Below are positions 35,701 through 46,482 of a stretch of DNA of 64,000 nucleotides, piece by piece. Numbering within the stretch: position 1 is the first letter of the stretch; each line of letters opens with the position of its first letter. A program made the position numbers and the translations under genes. Location: contig NC_092677.1 of NCBI RefSeq assembly GCF_964355755.1, positions 3,246,101-3,310,100 on the forward strand. The letters run 5' to 3'. The DNA is from Antedon mediterranea (lineage: Eukaryota; Animalia; Echinodermata). Under the pieces are notes generated by a model. The model did no database searches and had not been told where the DNA came from. It worked only from the letters and a program-made list of their open reading frames with translations.

Positions 35701-38700
35701 CATATTTGGGCATATCACTACCATATTTGGGCATATCACTACCATATTTGGACATATCACTACCATATTTGGACATATCACTACCATATTTGGGCATATC
35801 ACTACCATATTTGGACATATCACTACCATAGTTGGGCATATCACTACCATATTTGGGCACATCACCACCATATTTGGGCACTCAATTTCCCTTTGCCAAA
35901 TCGTAATTACTTACAGTTGCACATGATATTACAATGATAAAGAAGCTTTCCAGCGCTCCAGCATTTCCTACGATCCAAGTGAGACGAATGAACAGAATGA
36001 CGCCAAGAATATTCTGAAGACAGGGCAAGTACACTCCCATCAATGTGCCCATTTGAGGAGCTACATTCTGTAAAAGAAACATATACTGAAATAAATTAAA
36101 TTCTTTTAAAATAAGCTTTTATTTTATTATCGTCTTGAATTTTGATTTTGAGATAATGCTTAAGCTCTGTCTACACTACCAAACTTTATGTGACAAAAAA
36201 ATGTGATGTGCCCATAATGGACATGATGATCACTACCATATTTGGGCATATCACTACCATATTTGGGCATATCACTGCCATATATTTGGGCACATCACAC
36301 TTTTTTGTCACATAAAGTTTGATAGTGTAGACAGAGCTTTATTGATATTTTAGTTGTAGTATATCCATTAACAGTAAAATGCACATTCACAATGAATATT
36401 TAAAAATATATTTAAGTGTCTTAAAAATCAGTATACCACAGACAAACATAAAAACATATTGAAAATACACAAATACATTGAATTTTATGGCATTTTGGTG
36501 AAATCAACCTTTTTATAAACCTTTGAATAAATAATAATAATAATAATCAACAGAAAATTCACTCGACACTCAATTTTAGCAAATCCCTGTCAGATTCCAA
36601 ATTTTATAACAACTGACAGCGGACCTTCCATTTCCGCAACAAATCCCATTCTCATTTAATAGTAACCTTCAACAAACATCATTTAATTTCCTATCAAACT
36701 CGATAACATATTTTCTCTCTGTAAGTTATATACTGACCTACACTACAACCATACAGTATATTTAAAAAAAAGTATATAAATATAAAAGAGCTTTATTCAA
36801 CCTGTCAAATAACAGTAATATGCATAAAATCAATACATTTTTTAGTTATACATAACATTCATGTTTACATACCTTTAATTGTTTATCTCTTCCTTCTGGT
36901 TCTTGTGAATGTTCTGGCAATGTTTTGTAGTTTGCTAACGTATTGAGTAAAGACGATATCTTGGGTCGGTGCTTAAAATCATCCTATTATAATTGTAATC
37001 AAAATATGAAATAAAAATGGTTAATAAACGACAATATAAAAGTAAAAAATAAAAAAAAGTGAGGCAAGCCATTATGATTTAAAAATGAAGTGCCCCAAAT
37101 GTTTTTTTAAATGACATATTTCAATCTCAATTTATTTCCACAATATAACACCAGATAATTATTAAATATCAACGTATTTCAATCTAGTTTGTTAATAAAT
37201 AAAATTGAATATAATACAATTGGGGGGGAGAGTCATATAAGTCCAAAAGACTCGCCCCAAGATATAACAAAAAAAATGAATTAGAAAAAAAAATTACATA
37301 AACTAATAATGTATTAGATACAGTACAGTTAGTAGGTATGAGAAGTTGTTTCATTGTTGCAGTTACTGCAGTAACTATGTACATGATACAAATATTTAGT
37401 ACGCTTAACACTACTTTATTGTACAGCTGAGCTAGTAGAATAAGTTTGACATGACCCTTAATCAGTACCATAGCCATCTGTATGGTTCACGAGGACACAC
37501 CAATTGACTAATTAAGTTAAGTTCTGTCTACACTATAAAACTTTATGTGACAAAAAAATGTGATGTGCCCATATATGGACATGATGATGTCATAGTACTA
37601 CCATATTTAAGCATATCACTACCATATTTGGGCACATCTAGTTTGATACAATGACCAAAATTGTGGAAAGAATTCATTTGTAATGGTGGTAATAAACCGG
37701 TTATTTTAAAGAAACAAAATAAATGTATAAAAAAACAGGTCAAAAAATACTTTTTATCACTATATGCTGATTAACAACACCTTTGTTTATTTAAGTTCTA
37801 TATAAATTGTAAAAGGGTCCTACAAAAAAAACGAAGCTACAGCTTTTTTATCCAGGATCCCTGTTTTCAGTTGTACTGTAATTATGATGTACTGTAATTA
37901 ATGACTAAATAAATGTGGAATAAATAAATGATAGTGTAGACAGAGTTTTAAGCTCTATCTATGTACACTATCAAACTAGTTTGACAAAAAAAAGTGTGAT
38001 GTGCCTAAATATGGTAGTGATGCTTAAATATGATAGTAAGACATCACAATTGGACACAGACAGACCTTAACTGTAAATAAATACATAATCTGTTAAGCAT
38101 TTAATAATTTTTCATACATCTTCGTTATCTGTCTGGTCAAAGGTCATTCATTGTCTGATAATTAATATTCAAATCCAAAATATTGTAAGTGACACTTTTT
38201 CCACTTGCTAAGACGTGATCAGCTGGAATCGTAACGTGATATTCTGTCAAAATATCAATATCAATTGATTTTCACAACTTCTAAGACGATATTAATTAAA
38301 AACTATTTTTATTTTGAATCCATTGTATCTAATTTCAATGTGATAAGTAAATTTAAGAATAATATCCCCTTACAAATCATAGCAATATTATTATTGGACA
38401 ATTTTCATTGTATATAATTATATAAAAATATGAAATATATATACATTTTTCAGCACATTCTAATAACTAGAACATCTGTTTTCAAATATATTAATAATTT
38501 TGTTTTGTCCCACCAAATTAAGTATAAAAATAGATGTACCGTACCACATGAAAATATGCTATATAAAAATGATTTATTATTTAACAAAATTTTACTTCGA
38601 CTATGGTGATAAAATATGGACATATTTTATGTTTGTGAAATAAAACTACTACAGGTATGCATAATTGTATATCATTTTTGGAATTCTAAATTCTCAAAGT

Positions 38701-41700
38701 TTCTCTGAAAATGTTTCTTTCTTTCCTGTATAATTCACAATTTTTTAAATAAGAAATAATGATTTTTTTTAAACAAATTTGTACCAAAGGATATTCATAT
38801 ATTATTTTCTTATTAAATTATATTTTATCAATTGGAACCAATAGTATTATTGATAGAAAATTAAAATCTTCTATTTTTTAACTTTAAAGACACAAAAATC
38901 ATATAAATGGTTATTGCATTAAATGATTAAATTTAAAAGCTTTACCTCATAGAGAGCTAAATTGCCGTCATTATTAACACCTTTCTCTGCATCGTTCATA
39001 AACGGGGCGCCCTCTTCACCTGTAAGACAAATATTAATTTATGTTTATAAATTTACCATACCAATTATACATTTCACCCTCTGATAATGAAAATTCCTAT
39101 AAAATTTATTTTCAACTTTTATTTATTTTTAATTTTTATTTATTTTTAATGAAAAGAAAAGGTGACAGTGAAACTCTATTAACTTCACTGAAAGAATGAA
39201 TAGCTTTTTTATAATACAAATAGGAGTATTACAGCTATTACTGTATTAACAGTGCTTACTAAAATGTCTAATATATCATAGTTTAGCTATGGTTCTCTAT
39301 TTCTATACAGCAAATTTCTATTTTATTAACTTGTACTAACTGTAGCTGCTACTAGAAAGAAAACATGCAGTACAAATTTAGTTTTAATACTACGGCAAAA
39401 TAAACCTACCGGCGTTTCTATTATAGTTAAAAATTGTTTTGTTTTAGTTTTCCCTTCTTCCAAACGGTGTGATATTGAAAATTAGAGTAAGAATAAAAAA
39501 AAAAACGATTATGCTAAATCATAAAAAGAATTTTAAGACTATTTCAATATTGTGATAGAATTTGAAACCTTGACTTGGTTAAGAACACACACACATGTGG
39601 TGCAACTGTGTTAACAGTCGTCAAAAAACAGAGTAACTATGAATGTGATTTATGGAGAGATGTTGAGTTACTGCAGTAACTGCACACTAATTCATGGCAT
39701 TAATCACAGCATTGTTAATGATACTACTGAATGTCCACACTAAAATGAAATCTACTGAAAACTCTTTACAGTAGGTACAACATAATATGTTATTGATACT
39801 GACAATTGACAGTAGACAATGCAAGTCTGTGGTCCCTACGATGTCCGTAATCATAATAGGCCTAATGTGATGTGACAATTGATATTATACCAAGTGGGTT
39901 TTAAATGTGGGTGTGTTAATGTGCATGAGTGAATAAGGAAATCTTTGAGTGGTTTGATTTCAGTAAAAATTTTACCTATAACTTAAAACATAATTATTAG
40001 AAACCAACTTAATTAAGAATTAAAAAAAAATGAACTTTCATAAACAAACTTTAAACAAATTTTAATAAAACTGGTTATAATATCAGCAACAACATTATAA
40101 TAATACTCTCTTTTACAGATAATGGTGAACTATTTTTTTAACGCGCCTTGAGTGATATGTGCGCTATAGAAATCTATATTATTATTATTAATTATTAATA
40201 TGTTCTATAAATATTTCTTAGTAGAATATTTTAGACATTTGGTCTACGATGACAAATCAACTATGACCAATCCTGCGCCTTAGTGACTGATTCTGCAACC
40301 CATGAAGTCTCCACGCTTTCAGAATTTGGTGTTACTACAGCAGTCAAAAGCTATCACAACAGCAATTTTGTTGTAGGCACATGCAGTACTTTGGAATTCT
40401 TAGAAATTATTTTTCTGGATAATTTATACAGTATTTGATCTTAATTAATCATTTTCGTCTGTTAAAACTCTGACGGAGGAATACCTGCATTTTTGTATTT
40501 CTTGTTGGTTGCCTTGGAAACATAATGCTCAGAATCATCTAAGAAACACCGAATAGTGAGTAAACAACTACAACATTATAGGTACAATACAACAGTTGGC
40601 AACACCAAAACCTCTCTGCCAGCCCCACACCCCCTGTCAAAGATCTACACTCCTCAACCAGCCCCACACCCCCTGTCAAAGATCTACACTCCTCAACCAG
40701 CCCCACACCCCCTGTCAAAGATCTACACTCCTCAACCAGCCCCACACCCCCTGTCAAAGATCTACACTCCTCAACCAGCCCCACACCCCCTGTCAAAGAT
40801 CTACACTCCTCAACCGGCCCCATACCTCCCTCTCCCAGCACCATACTCTGTTACTGGGTCCACACTTCTCCTGTTCTCAAACCCCTCTCATAGAATCCAC
40901 ATCACCTTCTTCTAGCCCACACCTCTTCTCCCAGTCCCACAAACCTCTCCCAGGCTTCACATCTTCAGCTCTACCTCCTGGGTAACAAGCCTCCTCTGCT
41001 GGCCCCACATCTCTACTTTCAGCCATAAAGACATCTCCCATGCTTCACACCTCCTCTACTGGGTCACACACCTCTTCTCCTGGATCACCCACCTCCTCTG
41101 CTGGCCCTACATCTCTTCTTCTGAGCTCCTTACCATCCTCTTCCAAACCACATCCACCTCCCTCTGGCCCAATCGCTATCCCATCATCTTGGTGTTGCCA
41201 CACAGTTGTCTACAAAATACACATGCCATGCAACACTAGACAATACGTGTATGTGCAACAAGCTCACTATATTGATATAAAACACACGCTAATATGGAGG
41301 AATTTCTAATTCTTCCTTGTTACATCTACAGTACATGCGCAATGCTACATAAATGGGAGAATTAGTTTCTAATTCTGCATCACATTTGACAACTAAATAC
41401 TGTACATGCGCAATACTTGTGAAAACTAAACATTCAAATTAAAATAATTATGTCGTTAGTAATAATATTATCCAGTAATTAATTAGAATAAAATACTAGG
41501 AGGTTATTAGTTTAACTAAAGGTTACTTCAATTAACCTATTTCCTATTATATTTCAACACATACTAATGTAAGTGAACTTATAGGTTTAAAACAAACCAA
41601 ACAAGACTTAATCTAGTTTCTTTACCAGGGATATTTTTTTCAATCGATTCAAGCAACAGTATGTGTATGACATGCCAAGTGTGCCAAAATGTTTTGATTT

Positions 41701-44700
41701 CAGTTTTGATCATCAAAACGGTTTTTATAAACCGTTCTTTTGGAATTTTTTGAGTAAAACAGGCCCCAGGTCAGTCTACAGACACATTGGAATAAAAATA
41801 ATCGCACTGTAAATTAAATCTACTACTATTAATTTTATTTTTTTAGTCGTTGGGAAGTTATAAACTGTCTTTATAACACAAAGTCATTTCTTATTACTAC
41901 TGTCATTTCTGAAATTCCATCAAATCTGCGAAAAATTGATCTAATCTCAAAATTTATCATTTTATACACTAAGATCTTAAAACCATAAATCTTGGCAAAC
42001 ATGTTAAAATGTCTTACTCTATTTCTATCCTAAAAGATTACATTATAAATTATATTTGAACCATCATTTATATTTTTGAAATAATATATTGTAGCAAACG
42101 TTTACATTTTTTTTCATTTTTAAAGCGCAAAATTAATAACTTAGTATTTAAGTTCTTCATCTCACCTGCTTTGCCAAATCATGAAATATTGATAACATAA
42201 ATTTTGTAAAACACTTATTAAGCTTTAGCGGCACTTAAGCTGCTGGCCAACATGTAATGTCGGTCAGCTGCGACATTGCGATATCTGGATTAACCAAATG
42301 AGCTGAACATTCTTTGAAAATCCATCGATTAATGCCAAAATTAAGCTCGGTAATAACTAAAATTTAAAAGAAAAGTACTCATTTTGAGCAGCTTACAGAC
42401 AATTTGCATATCATACCAGTGTGCGTTTTACTTTACATAATTTGTATATTATACAGGTGTGGGTTTTCCTTTACATAATTTGCATATTATACAGGTGTGG
42501 GTTTCCCTTTACATAATTTGCATATTATACAGGTGTGGGTTTTCCTTTACATAATTTGCATATTATACAGTGTGGGGTTTCCTTTACATAATTTGCATAT
42601 TATACAGGTGTGGGTTTTCCTTTACATAATTTGTATTTACAGTATGCAATACTACAGTGTATATTACAAAATGTGGGATTTTCCAATTTACAACTTGGTA
42701 GTGGGGATTCCCCATTTACATGGGGGTATGGGGGGGGATTTTGCATTTACTGTAGAACTTGGTGTAGTGGGGATTTACCATTTACACTTAGCCAAGTGGG
42801 ATTTCCCATTTACACACACCAGTGGGGGACTTCTCATTTACATATATGGACAGTGTGAATTATTATAAAAGATATACTTAGTGGTAATTCCCTAGTCTCT
42901 TGGCATGGAAACAATTTGATGTTTTGTTTTCATCACTAACCATAAAAATATTGATTTTTCACCAACATAAAATGGAAATATTTTTATTGTTTGCATGTGT
43001 TTATGCAATTTTACATACATGCGTCATTAATATTAAATAACGTGATCTTTACTGGTATTGGTCAATTAGACATTTTACTGTGTCATGTGACAGATCAGAG
43101 TGCTAAAATGCAGAGTTACAAAGCAAACGAGAATATCCCACAATACCATTCACTTGTTATTAAACCAAACCAAACATTCCTTCAATTGTAATCAAATTCT
43201 AAAATACACAATCTAGTTTCCTTATTATTAGTAAACCATGACAAGACATCAGGTAGAAAATGATTGTAAAATAAAAGTTTACAGGTTTTGTGTGCAACTA
43301 AAAGTTTTTGTTTGTGCAATGGTGTCAAAAGCTAATGTACCAAAGCTAATGTACCAAAGCAAAAATTCATGTATATAATTCATTTATGAATTTGTAATGA
43401 GGATCACAAACAGCCTAAAGGTCACAGGATGGAATAAAATAGTTTAGATTGAAACAAATTGTATTACAAACATAGTAGTATAGTAAAACAATGTAATATT
43501 AGTATTATATTATCAACCTTCTTTATAATTTTTGTCATTCGAACAATTATACGTTTTTGAGAACCTTTTTTGTATTTGTTGTCACAGCTGGTGGCCTATT
43601 GTTTGTATTTTTGAAAATGAAATAATAAAAAAAAATAGAAAAAAAATATTAGCCTACTTTAGTAGTTTTACTGAGCTGTATTTGCAGCAATGTTAAAATG
43701 CCGATAAATAGATTCTTTCAAAAACTGTGATTTAGTATACTGTAATGCCTTTACTATTGGTGTAAAATTTAATTGTGCTTTATATTTTTTTAAATGTACA
43801 GTATTTAGTTAGTGTACTTATAATTACATGCAACATATCAATCATATCAAGATATTAACATATTAATACACTCTCAACACCAGCTGAATTAGGGGTGAAA
43901 AATTACAGTTAATGTTATCTGAAAACAAAGTGAAAGAAGCAATTATGAATACAGAAATATATATATATATATGTCAGACTCCAGATGATGAATAATGATG
44001 AATCTGCTTGAGAATGTAATAGTAATCAGTATGACAGAATACATGTATGTATATTATAACATACCAGAGTGTATTCTTTGATTGATGAAGTTAATACGCA
44101 TCACGCGTCGTTCGGTATTAGTTAACGCATTTAACACAAAAGTGATAAGCGATATTTAATTTCTAATGCATGTTTAGCTTTTTGTAAAAATGTTGAGAAT
44201 GCAGTGCGTGGCGTCTCTAAATGTTGTACTCTGCGTCAAAATTGGTGCTCTGTCTTTTTTTAATGGCCTAACTTCTGTGCCTAGCCTTTGAAAATTATCC
44301 CGAATGAAAGAAGCGTATTAATTGAATAAAAAACTACTTTAGAACAGTACAGTAAAAAATATAAAACAAAAACTTTCTATATCGTTGAATAGTGAGAAAG
44401 TTCAAGATCAGTTTTTAGTTTAAATAATAACATCTTGGACCTGAGGTTATCGTCTGTTATTACGGGATTGGGCCATATATTTTAATTCTCAAATCGACGA
44501 TCAATCAAATTTCAAATCATTTGGAGTCTGACTTATGAAAGTGTGATGAGATGCGAGTTTGTGACTAAATACAAAGATGCAGCGAACACTAGACAAAAGC
44601 ACAGCAATGCGCGTCGTTCCTTCAAAGCTACGAAGAGCAAGCTCTTGTTATTGTCACAAACTTACTGTAACCCGCGACACTACCGTAAAAATCACCGCTT

Positions 44701-46482
44701 CCACTGTTTATCAAACGTGCTGTGAAAACGTACAGAGAAAAAATGTTAATAAATGTAAAAATATACTAAATAGAAATAAGAAGAAATAAATGATTAAAGC
44801 TCTGCGTACATTATCAAACTTTATGTGACAAAAAAGTGTGATGTGCCCATATATGGACATGATGATGTTAAATCACTACCATATTTAGGCATATATCACC
44901 ACCATATTTGAGGACATCACACTTTTCTTTGTCAAACTAGTTTACTAGACTAGTGTGGACAGAGATTAAGATAACTAATTTATTTAGACTTTAGATTTGA
45001 GGAAAAAAAAATCAGAATCCTCCCAAATTCACTGCTAATAGTAAATGCATTCAATAAAGCTGGAACCAATTTTTACTTCTGGAAAACCAGTTTGACTGTT
45101 TGACACCAACTACCTTTTACAGTTATTAAACTATAGCTTCCTATAGATTTTTGTATCAAATTGTGTAAGTAAATTTATAAAATAATACAATGTTATATAT
45201 TATATTATTAGTATTGAGATTGTAAAGAGCATTATTTTCAATAACAATAAATATATTTAATAATATAGACAAAAATGTGTTAAAATGAGATATTATTAGA
45301 AGCATGCCAAATGGCATAAAAGCAGAATTGACAATAATACATCTGGAAAATTCACTAGGATGTCATAGATTATACCACACTGTATTAGAGGGGTGTTTTT
45401 GTTACATTTAAAGTTAAGGAAAAGTCTGTCAGTTTATTCAGGTAAGTTAGGCACAACATATATTATTATGCTTATCATCATTTAAACTTGTGATTTTTAG
45501 TGTGTGTAGAGTAGTGTAGGAGGGGCTTATTGCTCTATTTTAGGTTTTAATCCAGTTTAATCAAAATAAACATCATGGCATCATTTTGAGTTTTAATTAC
45601 TGACACTAGATTTGTGTTTGTTTGTTTCACATTATTCCTCAAAAATTGTATGATAATAAAGAAGGTACAATAATAAGTTTTTACCTCTCTTTATATCTAA
45701 TCTTAAAGAATTATTCTGTAGCTACTATTTAAAATGGTCTCAACATAGCTGATTAAATACTAATAGTATCTATTCATTGAACATTGGCGAGTGTCTTTCT
45801 TTTTACTTTATGCAAATTGAAAGTAGGCGTAACAAAAAAAAGTAAAGTAAATCCTGGATTTAAAATACTTGAATGAAAATTTATGCTTGATCGACCACAT
45901 GCAAATGTAGGTTCTTCATTCCGATAAAAATTGTAAAAAACTAAATCAATGCTTTTCATTTATTTTCTTGTAGTGGTGTGAAATTATTTGTTATAGAATC
46001 TGGGCACACACAGAATTAGAGAGATGAGATGGGATGGGCTATATACAGTACCACTTAATAATCTTCAGCCAATACAACGGTCCACTGGTGGGAGTTTTGT
46101 TCATTATAAACAATAATGAAATGATAAAGTTTGTAGACTTTCATTTTTTAAAGCAGCTTAAAACTTAACCCTATATAATATAATGACTTGCACATTACAA
46201 TAACACAAAAAAACATTACAAAATAAAACGATAAATTATGAAGTATTGAAGATCACTTAAGCCTAGCTAGGCCTAGTTCAAGGCTCTTCATCTGAAGGGT
46301 AAGAAGCAATTGGTTCCGGTATACTTACAGTATTTTTTGCCATTCTTCGCCGACGACGCACCACCAGCGGTGTCGTTCTCTGCTGCTTGAATCGACGGAG
46401 GTTTATCCCCTCCAACAATTTCAACTTCATTATTGATATCACCTTGTACAGCCGGCTTTGTTACAGTAAATCTTTGAGACAT
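23734..46482 (-). CDS. Potassium-chloride cotransporter (KCC, SLC12A4/5/6/7 family), 23 exons
   Basis: Exons: 46482-46329, 39019-38946, 36983-36873, 36067-35915, 34682-34497, 34101-33863, 33411-33191, 32686-32552, 32289-32191, 31741-31684, 30962-30669, 30554-30336, 30161-30057, 29872-29704, 28791-28703, 28478-28372, 28220-28101, 27669-27580, 27258-27167, 26880-26773, 26170-25899, 25473-25340, 23825-23734. Diagnostic KCC motifs: [117 protein letters not shown]. Confidence 0.95.
24004..25047. mobile_element. Non-autonomous piggyBac-like DNA transposon
   Basis: TTAA on both sides (24000-24003, 25048-25051) and a perfect 14-bp TIR CACTTTGACTGCCA; the subterminal GAAGATCTTCGTGTTTGGCAGTCAA is duplicated at the right end. 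Confidence 0.85.
25082..25285. mobile_element. MITE family 4 (CTACTGCAGTTACTGCAG TIR)
   Basis: Inverted ATTCTACTGCAGTTACTGCA ends; related copies or fragments at about 31365, 37350, 39668, 59400-59595 and 63538-63701. Confidence 0.7.
25588..25890. mobile_element. Two adjacent MITE family 1 copies (about 25588-25720 and 25752-25890)
   Basis: Both start AAAGCTCTGTCCACAC and have the family 1 body. Confidence 0.85.
26197..26793. repeat. 86-87-bp tandem repeat x7 spanning a KCC exon/intron junction
   Basis: Unit CTTGTATGACCTATGACCTTTAAGACTAGAGGTTTCAAATGGGAGATACTTACATCGAAAGAGCTCTCTTTACGTGATTAAACTACC. Confidence 0.95.
26936..27101. mobile_element. hAT-like MITE
   Basis: CAGT..GCCACTG termini and 8-bp TSD GTTGTGGC; same family as 50531-50689. 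Confidence 0.8.
27345..27520 (+). mobile_element. 5'-truncated tRNA-derived SINE
   Basis: B box GGTTCAATCC and the shared tail AGTTTATCCATCCTGTAATTGGCGAGTTACT. Confidence 0.75.
28557..28611. repeat. 17-bp tandem repeat x3
   Basis: CTATTAAAGGGACACTC units. Confidence 0.85.
28840..29016. mobile_element. MITE family 2 copy
   Basis: Reverse-oriented homolog of 1723-1886 (AATATAGAATCTATG and GGTTTTC.GCTTAC cores). Confidence 0.7.
33510..33703 (+). mobile_element. tRNA-derived SINE
   Basis: GGTTATGATACTTGGCTACCAATCAAGGGTCCTGGGTTCAAGTCC plus a body shared with the 49565, 54168 and 62585 copies. Confidence 0.8.
34772..35881. repeat. 21-bp minisatellite (about 50 units) expanded inside a MITE family 1 copy
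   Basis: Unit ATATCAC(T/C)ACCATATTTGG(A/G)(C/G), preceded by the MITE left-end remnant TGTCTACATTATCAAA..TGTGATGTGCC..GGACATGATGATGTC. Confidence 0.95.
36162..36339. mobile_element. MITE family 1, near-complete reference copy
   Basis: AAGCTCTGTCTACACTACCAAACTTTATGTGACAAAAAAA...TTTTTTGTCACATAAAGTTTGATAGTGTAGACAGAGCTT, TA-flanked. Confidence 0.9.
37519..38069. mobile_element. MITE family 1 copy split by a LINE fragment, followed by a second MITE copy
   Basis: Left part at 37519-37648, right TIR resumes at 37929-37948, and the next copy starts at about 37950 in reverse orientation. Confidence 0.8.
37649..37928 (+). mobile_element. 5'-truncated LINE 3' end (CR1/L2-group-like)
   Basis: TGATA duplicated at both ends; remnant frame PKLWKEF...[14 protein letters not shown]; a GGGTCCT...AGGATCCC stem; AATAAATAAA tail. 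Confidence 0.6.
40617..40822. repeat. 39-bp minisatellite x5 with a C-rich degenerate extension to about 41180
   Basis: CCAGCCCCACACCCCCTGTCAAAGATCTACACTCCTCAA units. Confidence 0.9.
42420..42640. repeat. 38-bp minisatellite x about 6
   Basis: GTGTGGGTTTTCCTTTACATAATTTGCATATTATACAG units. Confidence 0.9.
44797..44968. mobile_element. MITE family 1 copy
   Basis: Family 1 TIRs and body. Confidence 0.85.

Noticed and set aside
34713-35937. Long ORFs of 229-374 aa on both strands
   Set aside because: They are translations of a stop-free 21-bp intronic minisatellite derived from a MITE.
39401-39425. Possible KCC micro-exon (TAG|AAACGCCG|GTAGG on the - strand)
   Set aside because: It is 8 nt, not frame-preserving, and has a weak acceptor.
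40539-41309. Pro/His-rich or repetitive ORFs (possible nested gene)
   Set aside because: Explained by the 39-bp minisatellite and a C-rich low-complexity tract; no homology or splice support.
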